Assembly (NCBI GenBank): GCA_964057225.1
Contig: CAXKVF010000100.1
Coordinates: 1-64,000, forward strand
Direction of reading: 5' to 3'
DNA length: 64,000 bases
Origin: Auanema rhodensis
Taxonomy: Eukaryota; Animalia; Nematoda
Under the pieces are notes generated by a model that saw only the letters and a program-made list of their open reading frames with translations, was not told the origin of the DNA and did no database searches. The first letter of the stretch is position 1, and each line of letters begins with the position of its first letter. Below are positions 53,298 through 64,000 of the stretch, one piece after another. The position numbers and the translations under genes are program-made.

Positions 53298-56200
53298 TAA
53301 TTAAATGTACACGTGATGTGCACTTGGTATGTAACTCGCTTCACGTGAAAGATAAAGAGATGCGGTTTTCAAAATTAGATTCCCCATGTCCATATTAGTC
53401 TAAAAACAAATTTTTATTGATATTGGTGCATGGTAACCATGACTTTGAAATTTACGTGAACTTTAATTTATGCTAATTAAATGTACACGTGATGTGCACT
53501 TGGTATGTAACTCGCTTCACGTGAAAGATAAAGAGATGCGAATTTCAAAATTAGATTCCCCATGTCCATATTAGTCTAAAAACAAATTTTTATTGATATT
53601 GGTTCATGGTAACCATGACTTTGAAATTTACGTGAACTTTAATTTATGCTAATTAAATGTACACGTGATGTGCACTTGGTATGTAACTCGCTTCACGTGA
53701 AAGATAAAGAGATGCGGTTTTCAAAATTAGATTCCCCATGTCCATATTAGTCTAAAAACAAATTTTTATTGATATTGGTGCATGGTAACCATGACTTTGA
53801 AATTTACGTGAACTTTAATTTATGCTAATTAAATGTACACGTGATGTGCACTTGGTGTGTAACTCGCTTCACGTGAAAGATAAAGAGATGCGGTTCTCAA
53901 AATTAGATTCCCCATGTCCATATTAGTCTAAAAACAAATTTTTATTAATATTGGTGCATGGTAACCATGACTTTGAAATTTACGTGAACTTTAATTTATG
54001 CTAATTAAATGTACACGTGATGTGCACTTGGTATGTAACTCGCTTCACGTGAAAGATAAAGAGATGCGGTTTTCAAAATTAGATTCCCCATGTCCATATT
54101 AGTCTAAAAACAAATTTTTATTGATATTGGTTCATGGTAACCATGACTTTGAAATTTACGTGAACTTTAATTTATGCTAATTAAATGTACACGTGATGTG
54201 CACTTGGTATGTAAATCGCTTCACGTGAAAGATAAAGAGATGCGGTTTTCCAAATTAGATTCCCCATGTCCATATTAGTCTAAAAACAAATTTTTATTGA
54301 TATTGCTTCATGGTAACCATGACTTTGAAATTTACGTGAACTTTAATTTATGCTAATTAAATGTACACGTGATGTGCACTTGGTATGTAACTCGCTTCAC
54401 GTGAAAGATAAAAAGATGCGGTTTTCAAAATTAGATTCCCCATGTCCATATTAGTCTAAAAACAAATTTTTATTGATATTGGTGCATGGTAACCATGACT
54501 TTGAATTTTACGTGAACTTTAATTTATGCTAATTAAATGTACACGTGATGTGCACTTGGTATGTAACTCGCTTCACGTGAAAGATAAAGAGATGCGGTTT
54601 TCAAAATTAGATTCCCCATGTCCATATTAGTCTAAAAACAAATTTTTATTAATATTGGTGCATGGTAACCATGACTTTGAAATTTACGTGAACTTTAATT
54701 TATGCTAATTAAATGTACACGTGATGTGCACTTGGTATGTAACTCGCTTCACGTGAAAGATAAAGAGATGCGGTTTTCAAAATTAGATTCCCCATGTCCA
54801 TATTAGTCTAAAAACAAATTTTTATTAATATTGGTGCATGGTAACCATGACTTTGAAATTTACGTGAACTTTAATTTATGCTAATTAAATGTACACGTGA
54901 TGTGCACTTGGTATGTAACTCGCTTCACGTGAAAGATAAAGAGATGCGGTTTTCAAAATTAGATTCCCCATGTCCATATTAGTCTAAAAACAAATTTTTA
55001 TTGATATTGGTTCATGGTAACCATGACTTTGAAATTTACGTGAACTTTAATTTATGCTAATTAAATGTACACGTGATGTGCACTTGGTATGTAACTCGCT
55101 TCACGTGAAAGATAAAGAGATGCGGTTTTCAAAATTAGATTCCCCATGTCCATATTAGTCTAAAAACAAATTTTTATTGATATTGGTTCATGGTAACCAT
55201 GACTTTGAAATTTACGTGAACTTTAATTTATGCTAATTAAATGTACACGTGATGTGCACTTGGTATGTAACTCGCTTCACGTGAAAGATAAAGAGATGCG
55301 GTTTTCAAAATTAGATTCCCCATGTCCATATTAGTCTAAAAACAAATTTTTATTGATATTGGTTCATGGTAACCATGACTTTGAAATTTACGTGAACTTT
55401 AATTTATGCTAATTAAATGTACACGTGATGTGCACTTGGTATGTAACTCGCTTCACGTGAAAGATAAAGAGATGCGGTTTTCAAAATTAGATTCCCCATG
55501 TCCATATTAGTCTAAAAACAAATTTTTATTGATATTGGTTCATGGTAACCATGACTTTGAAATTTACGTGAACTTTAATTTATGCTAATTAAATGTACAC
55601 GTGATGTGCACTTGGTATGTAACTCGCTTCACGTGAAAGATAAAGAGATGCGGTTTTCAAAATTAGATTCCCCATGTCCATATAAGTCTAAAAACAAATT
55701 TTTATTGATATTGGTTCATGGTAACCATGACTTTGAAATTTACGTGAACTTTAATTTATGCTAATTAAATGTACACGTGATGTGCACTTGGTATGTAACT
55801 CGCTTCACGTGAAAGATAAAGAGATGCGGTTTTCAAAATTAGATTCCCCATGTCCATATTAGTCTAAAAACAAATTTTTATTGATATTGGTTCATGGTAA
55901 CCATGACTTTGAAATTTACGTGAACTTTAATTTATGCTAATTAAATGTACACGTGATGTGCACTTGGTATGTAACTCGCTTCACGTGAAAGATAAAGAGA
56001 TGCGGTTTTCAAAATTAGATTCCCCATGTCCATATTAGTCTAAAAACAAATTTTTATTGATATTGGTTCATGGTAACCATGACTTTGAAATTTACGTGAA
56101 CTTTAATTTATGGTAATTAAATGTACACGTGATGTGCACTTGGTATGTAACTCGCTTCACGTGAAAGATAAAGAGATGCGGTTTTCAAAATTAGATTCCC

Positions 56201-58001
56201 CATGTCCATATTAGTCTAAAAACAAATTTTTATTGATATTGGTGCATGGTAACCATGACTTTGAAATTTACGTGAACTTTAATTTATGCTAATTAAATGT
56301 ACACGTGATGTGCACTTGGTATGTAACTCGCTTCACGTGAAAGATAAAGAGATGCGAATTTCAAAATTAGATTCCCCATGTCCATATTAGTCTAAAAACA
56401 AATTTTTATTGATATTGGTTCATGGTAACCATGACTTTGAAATTTACGTGAACTTTAATTTATGCTAATTAAATGTACACGTGATGTGCACTTGGTATGT
56501 AACTCGCTTCACGTGAAAGATAAAGAGATGCGGTTTTCAAAATTAGATTCCCCATGTCCATATTAGTCTAAAAACAAATTTTTATTGATATTGGTGCATG
56601 GTAACCATGACTTTGAAATTTACGTGAACTTTAATTTATGCTAATTAAATGTACACGTGATGTGCACTTGGTGTGTAACTCGCTTCACGTGAAAGATAAA
56701 GAGATGCGGTTCTCAAAATTAGATTCCCCATGTCCATATTAGTCTAAAAACAAATTTTTATTAATATTGGTGCATGGTAACCATGACTTTGAAATTTACG
56801 TGAACTTTAATTTATGCTAATTAAATGTACACGTGATGTGCACTTGGTATGTAACTCGCTTCACGTGAAAGATAAAGAGATGCGGTTTTCAAAATTAGAT
56901 TCCCCATGTCCATATTAGTCTAAAAACAAATTTTTATTGATATTGGTTCATGGTAACCATGACTTTGAAATTTACGTGAACTTTAATTTATGCTAATTAA
57001 ATGTACACGTGATGTGCACTTGGTATGTAAATCGCTTCACGTGAAAGATAAAGAGATGCGGTTTTCCAAATTAGATTCCCCATGTCCATATTAGTCTAAA
57101 AACAAATTTTTATTGATATTGCTTCATGGTAACCATGACTTTGAAATTTACGTGAACTTTAATTTATGCTAATTAAATGTACACGTGATGTGCACTTGGT
57201 ATGTAACTCGCTTCACGTGAAAGATAAAAAGATGCGGTTTTCAAAATTAGATTCCCCATGTCCATATTAGTCTAAAAACAAATTTTTATTGATATTGGTG
57301 CATGGTAACCATGACTTTGAATTTTACGTGAACTTTAATTTATGCTAATTAAATGTACACGTGATGTGCACTTGGTATGTAACTCGCTTCACGTGAAAGA
57401 TAAAGAGATGCGGTTTTCAAAATTAGATTCCCCATGTCCATATTAGTCTAAAAACAAATTTTTATTAATATTGGTGCATGGTAACCATGACTTTGAAATT
57501 TACGTGAACTTTAATTTATGCTAATTAAATGTACACGTGATGTGCACTTGGTATGTAACTCGCTTCACGTGAAAGATAAAGAGATGCGGTTTTCAAAATT
57601 AGATTCCCCATGTCCATATTAGTCTAAAAACAAATTTTTATTAATATTGGTGCATGGTAACCATGACTTTGAAATTTACGTGAACTTTAATTTATGCTAA
57701 TTAAATGTACACGTGATGTGCACTTGGTATGTAACTCGCTTCACGTGAAAGATAAAGAGATGCGGTTTTCAAAATTAGATTCCCCATGTCCATATTAGTC
57801 TAAAAACAAATTTTTATTGATATTGGTTCATGGTAACCATGACTTTGAAATTTACGTGAACTTTAATTTATGCTAATTAAATGTACACGTGATGTGCACT
57901 TGGTATGTAACTCGCTTCACGTGAAAGATAAAGAGATGCGGTTTTCAAAATTAGATTCCCCATGTCCATATTAGTCTAAAAACAAATTTTTATTGATATT
58001 G
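53298..58001 (-). repeat. Block duplication: about 53298-55185 repeated at about 56114-58001 (offset 2816 = 16 monomers)
   Basis: Rare variants pair at offset 2816: GCGAATTT 53541/56357 and GGTGTGT 53857/56673. GTTCTC, GTAAATCG, TTCCAAATT and ATAAAAAGA follow in the same order in both copies. Confidence 0.9.
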
Positions 58002-61000
58002 CTTCATGGTAACCATGACTTTGAATTTTACGTGAACTTTAATTTATGCTAATTAAATGTACACGTGATGTGCACTTGGTATGTAACTCGCTTCACGTGA
58101 AAGATAAAGAGATGCGGTTTTCAAAATTAGATTCCCCATGTCCATATTAGTCTAAAAACAAATTTTTATTGATATTGGTTCATGGTAACCATGACTTTGA
58201 AATTTACGTGAACTTTAATTTATGCTAATTAAATGTACACGTGATGTGCACTTGGTATGTAACTCGCTTCACGTGAAAGATAAAGAGATGCGGTTTTCAA
58301 AATTAGATTCCCCATGTCCATATTAGTTTAAAAACAAATTTTTATTGATATTGGTTCATGGTAACCATGACTTTGAAATTTACGTGAACTTTAATTTATG
58401 CTAATTAAATGTACACGTGATGTGCACTTGGTATGTAACTCGCTTCACGTGAAAGATAAAGAGATGCGGTTTTCAAAATTAGATTCCCCATGTCCATATT
58501 AGTCTAAAAACAAATTTTTATTGATATTGCTTCATGGTAACCATGACTTTGAATTTTACGTGAACTTTAATTTATGCTAATTAAATGTACACGTGATGTG
58601 CACTTGGTATGTAACTCGCTTCACGTGAAAGATAAAGAGATGCGGTTTTCAAAATTAGATTCCCCATGTCCATATTAGTCTAAAAACAAATTTTTATTGA
58701 TATTGGTTCATGGTAACCATGACTTTGAAATTTACGTGAACTTTAATTTATGCTAATTAAATGTACACGTGATGTGCACTTGGTATGTAACTCGCTTCAC
58801 GTGAAAGATAAAGAGATGCGGTTTTCAAAATTAGATTCCCCATGTCCATATTAGTCTAAAAACAAATTTTTATTGATATTGGTTCATGGTAACCATGACT
58901 TTGAAATTTACGTGAACTTTAATTTATGCTAATTAAATGTACACGTGATGTGCACTTGGTATGTAACTCGCTTCACGTGAAAGATAAAGAGATGCGGTTT
59001 TCAAAATTAGATTCCCCATGTCCATATTAGTCTAAAAACAAATTTTTATTGATATTGGTTCATGGTAACCATGACTTTGAAATTTACGTGAACTTTAATT
59101 TATGCTAATTAAATGTACACGTGATGTGCACTTGGTATGTAACTCGCTTCACGTGAAAGATAAAGAGATGTGGTTTTCAAAATTAGATTCCCCATGTCCA
59201 TATTAGTCTAAAAACAAATTTTTATTGATATTGGTTCATGGTAACCATGACTTTGAAATTTACGTGAACTTTAATTTATGCTAATTAAATGTACACGTGA
59301 TGTGCACTTGGTATGTAACTCGCTTCACGTGAAAGATAAAGAGATGCGGTTTTCAAAATTAGATTCCCCATGTCCATATTAGTCTAAAAACAAATTTTTA
59401 TTGATATTGGTGCATGGTAACCATGACTTTGAAATTTACGTGAACTTTAATTTATGCTAATTAAATGTACACGTGATGTGCACTTGGTATGTAACTCGCT
59501 TCACGTGAAAGATAAAGAGATGCGGTTTTCAAAATTAGATTCCCCATGTCCATATTAGTCTAAAAACAAATTTTTATTGATATTGGTTCATGGTAACCAT
59601 GACTTTGAAATTTACGTGAACTTTAATTTATGCTAATTAAATGTACACGTGATGTGCACTTGGTATGTAACTCGCTTCACGTGAAAGATAAAGAGATGCG
59701 GTTTTCAAAATTAGATTCCTCATGTCCATATTAGTCTAAAAACTAATTTTTATTGATATTGCTTCATGGTAACCATGACTTTGAAATTTACGTGAACTTT
59801 AATTTATGCTAATTAAATGTACACGTGATGTGCACTTGGTATGTAACTCGCTTCACGTGAAAGATAAAGAGATGCGGTTTTCAAAATTAGATTCCCCATG
59901 TCCATATTAGTCTAAAAACAAATTTTTATTGATATTGGTTCATGGTAACCATGACTTTGAAATTTACGTGAACTTTAATTTATGCTAATTAAATGTACAC
60001 GTGATGTGCACTTGGTATGTAACTCGCTTCACGTGAAAGATAAAGAGATGCGGTTTTCAAAATTAGATTCCCCATGTCCATATTAGTCTAAAAACAAATT
60101 TTTATTGATATTGGTGCATGGTAACCATGACTTTGAAATTTACGTGAACTTTAATTTATGCTAATTAAATGTACACGTGATGTGCACTTGGTATGTAACT
60201 CGCTTCACGTGAAAGATAAAGAGATGCGGTTTTCAAAATTAGATTCCACATGTCCATATTAGTCTAAAAACAAATTTTTATTGATATTGGTGCATGGTAA
60301 CCATGACTTTGAAATTTACGTGAACTTTAATTTATGCTAATTAAATGTACACGTGATGTGCACTTGGTATGTAACTCGCTTCACGTGAAAGATAAAGAGA
60401 TGCGGTTTTCAAAATTAGATTCCTCATGTCCATATTAGTCTAAAAACAAATTTTTATTGATATTGCTTCATGGTAACCATGACTTTGAAATTTACGTGAA
60501 CTTTAATTTATGCTAATTAAATGTACACGTGATGTGCACTTGGTATGTAACTCGCTTCACGTGAAAGATAAAGAGATGCGGTTTTCAAAATTAGATTCCC
60601 CATGTCCATATTAGTCTAAAAACAAATTTTTATTGATATTGGTTCATGGTAACCATGACTTTGAAATTTACGTGAACTTTAATTTATGCTAATTAAATGT
60701 ACACGTGATGTGCACTTGGTATGTAACTCGCTTCACGTGAAAGATAAAGAGATGTGGTTTTCAAAATTAGATTCCCCATGTCCATATTAGTCTAAAAACA
60801 AATTTTTATTGATATTGGTTCATGGTAACCATGACTTTGAAATTTACGTGAACTTTAATTTATGCTAATTAAATGTACACGTGATGTGCACTTGGTATGT
60901 AACTCGCTTCACGTGAAAGATAAAGAGATGCGGTTTTCAAAATTAGATTCCACATGTCCATATTAGTCTAAAAACAAATTTTTATTGATATTGGTGCATG

Positions 61001-64000
61001 GTAACCATGACTTTGAAATTTACGTGAACTTTAATTTATGCTAATTAAATGTACACGTGATGTGCACTTGGTATGTAACTCGCTTCACGTGAAAGATAAA
61101 GAGATGCGGTTTTCAAAATTAGATTCCCCATGTCCATATTAGTCTAAAAACAAATTTTTATTGATATTGGTTCATGGTAACCATGACTTTGAAATTTACG
61201 TGAACTTTAATTTATGCTAATTAAATGTACACGTGATGTGCACTTGGTATGTAACTCGCTTCACGTGAAAGATAAAGAGATGCGGTTTTCAAAATTAGAT
61301 TCCCCATGTCCATATTAGTCTAAAAACAAATTTTTATTAATATTGGTGCATGGTAACCATGACTTTGAAATTTACGTGAACTTTAATTTATGCTAATTAA
61401 ATGTACACGTGATGTGCACTTGGTATGTAACTCGCTTCACGTGAAAGATAAAGAGATGCGGTTTTCAAAATTAGATTCCCCATGTCCATATTAGTCTAAA
61501 AACAAATTTTTATTGATATTGGTTCATGGTAACCATGACTTTGAAATTTACGTGAACTTTAATTTATGCTAATTAAATGTACACGTGATGTGCACTTGGT
61601 ATGTAACTCGCTTCACGTGAAAGATAAAGAGATGCGGTTTTCAAAATTAGATTCCCCATGTCCATATTAGTCTAAAAACAAATTTTTATTGATATTGCTT
61701 CATGGTAACCATGACTTTGAAATTTACGTGAACTTTAATTTATGCTAATTAAATGTACACGTGATGTGCACTTGGTATGTAACTCGCTTCACGTGAAAGA
61801 TAAAGAGATGCGGTTTTCAAAATTAGATTCCCCATGTCCATATTAGTCTAAAAACAAATTTTTATTGATATTGGTTCATGGTAACCATGACTTTGAAATT
61901 TACGTGAACTTTAATTTATGCTAATTAAATGTACACGTGATGTGCACTTGGTATGTAACTCGCTTCACGTGAAAGATAAAGAGATGCGGTTTTCAAAATT
62001 AGATTCCCCATGTCCATATTAGTCTAAAAACAAATTTTTATTGATATTGCTTCATGGTAACCATGACTTTGAAATTTACGTGAACTTTAATTTATGCTAA
62101 TTAAATGTACACGTGATGTGCACTTGGTATGTAACTCGCTTCACGTGAAAGATAAAGAGATGCGGTTTTCAAAATTAGATTCCCCATGTCCATATTAGTC
62201 TAAAAACAAATTTTTATTGATATTGGTTCATGGTAACCATGACTTTGAAATTTACGTGAACTTTAATTTATGCTAATTAAATGTACACGTGATGTGCACT
62301 TGGTATGTAACTCGCTTCACGTGAAAGATAAAGAGATGCGGTTTTCGAAATTAGATTCCCCATGTCCATATTAGTCTAAAAACAAATTTTTATTAATATT
62401 GGTGCATGGTAACCATGACTTTGAAATTTACGTGAACTTTAATTTATGCTAATTAAATGTACACGTGATGTGCACTTGGTATGTAACTCGCTTCACGTGA
62501 AAGATAAAGAGATGCGGTTTTCAAAATTAGATTCCCCATGTCCATATTAGTCTAAAAACAAATTTTTATTAATATTGGTGCATGGTAACCATGACTTTGA
62601 AATTTACGTGAACTTTAATTTATGCTAATTAAATGTACACGTGATGTGCACTTGGTTTGTAACTCGCTTCACGTGAAAGATAAAGAGATGCGGTTTTCAA
62701 AATTAGATTCCCCATGTCCATATTAGTCTAAAAACAAATTTTTATTGATATTGGTTCATGGTAACCATGACTTTGAAATTTACGTGAACTTTAATTTATG
62801 CTAATTAAATGTACACGTGATGTGCACTTGGTATGTAACTCGCTTCACGTGAAAGATAAAGAGATGCGGTTTTCAAAATTAGATTCCCCATGTCCATATT
62901 AGTCTAAAAACAAATTTTTATTGATATTGCTTCATGGTAACCATGACTTTGAAATTTACGTGAACTTTAATTTATGCTAATTAAATGTACACGTGATGTG
63001 CACTTGGTATGTAACTCGCTTCACGTGAAAGATAAAGAGATGCGGTTTTCAAAATTAGATTCCCCATGTCCATATTAGTCTAAAAACAAATTTTTATTAA
63101 TATTGGTGCATGGTAACCATGACTTTGAAATTTACGTGAACTTTAATTTATGCTAATTAAATGTACACGTGATGTGCACTTGGTTTGTAACTCGCTTCAC
63201 GTGAAAGATAAAGAGATGCGGTTTTCAAAATTAGATTCCCCATGTCCATATTAGTCTAAAAACAAATTTTTATTGATATTGGTTCATGGTAACCATGACT
63301 TTGAAATTTACGTGAACTTTAATTTATGCTAATTAAATGTACACGTGATGTGCACTTGGTATGTAACTCGCTTCACGTGAAAGATAAAGAGATGCGGTTT
63401 TCAAAATTAGATTCCCCATGTCCATATTAGTCTAAAAACAAATTTTTATTGATATTGCTTCATGGTAACCATGACTTTGAAATTTACGTGAACTTTAATT
63501 TATGCTAATTAAATGTACACGTGATGTGCACTTGGTATGTAACTCGCTTCACGTGAAAGATGAAGAGATGCGGTTTTCAAAATTAGATTCCCCATGTCCA
63601 TATTAGTCTAAAAACAAATTTTTATTGATATTGGTGCATGGTAACCATGACTTTGAAATTTACGTGAACTTTAATTTATGCTAATTAAATGTACACGTGA
63701 TGTGCACTTGGTATGTAACTCGCTTCACGTGAAAGATAAAGAGATGCGGTTTTCAAAATTAGATTCCCCATGTCCATATTAGTCTAAAAACAAATTTTTA
63801 TTGATATTGGTTCATGGTAACCATGACTTTGAAATTTACGTGAACTTTAATTTATGCTAATTAAATGTACACGTGATGTGCACTTGGTATGTAACTCGCT
63901 TCACGTGAAAGATAAAGAGATGCGGTTTTCAAAATTAGATTCCCCATGTCCATATTAGTCTAAAAACAAATTTTTATTGATATTGGTTCATGGTAACCAT

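Larger units (their letters stand above)
47011..64000 (-). repeat. Same 176-bp satellite, inverted arm (86-bp partial, 95 complete monomers, 49-bp partial)
   Basis: From 47011 the sequence is the reverse complement of the consensus (TGTACACGTGATGTGCACTTGG...). Monomer ends (...CATGTCC) fall at 47096, 47448, 49695 and 63951, and 49696-63951 is exactly 81 x 176. Confidence 0.99.

Noticed and set aside
55582-55764. 60-aa plus-strand ORF
   Set aside because: It is the same satellite frame in the inverted arm, opened by a private TAG>AAG change at 55684. It is not a gene.
1-64000. CRISPR array or other repeat-spacer system, suggested by the palindromic repeats
   Set aside because: There are no unique spacers, since the whole 176 bp repeats, and no cas or other genes are present.

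Overview
The whole 64 kb window is one AT-rich (about 32% GC) tandem satellite DNA array with a 176-bp monomer: GGACATGGGGAATCTAATTTTGAAAACCGCATCTCTTTATCTTTCACGTGAAGCGAGTTACATACCAAGTGCACATCACGTGTACATTTAATTAGCATAAATTAAAGTTCACGTAAATTTCAAAGTCATGGTTACCATGAACCAATATCAATAAAAATTTGTTTTTAGACTAATAT. 'Monomer pos.' below refers to this consensus. Counting by phase gives 361 complete, near-identical monomers: 266 on the + strand (1-47010) and 95 on the - strand (47011-64000). It resembles a eukaryotic centromeric or pericentromeric satellite (nucleosome-sized unit, very high homogeneity), but neither that role nor the species can be proven from sequence alone. I found no genes, RNA genes, transposons or CRISPR array. 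The five 60-aa ORFs are the monomer with one stop codon mutated, and I see no new gene system. The interesting content is structural: (1) one clean orientation switch at 47010/47011; (2) rare variants and a 221-bp monomer shared by both arms but out of mirror register; (3) a divergent monomer haplotype present as two differently phased patches; (4) local multi-monomer block duplications and zoned variants; (5) a palindrome-rich monomer with three phased TCACGT motifs, an exact CDEI match and a CENP-B-box-like 17-mer; (6) a cluster of 1-bp indels in the first 13 kb that probably reflects sequencing error. All counts were made by eye.
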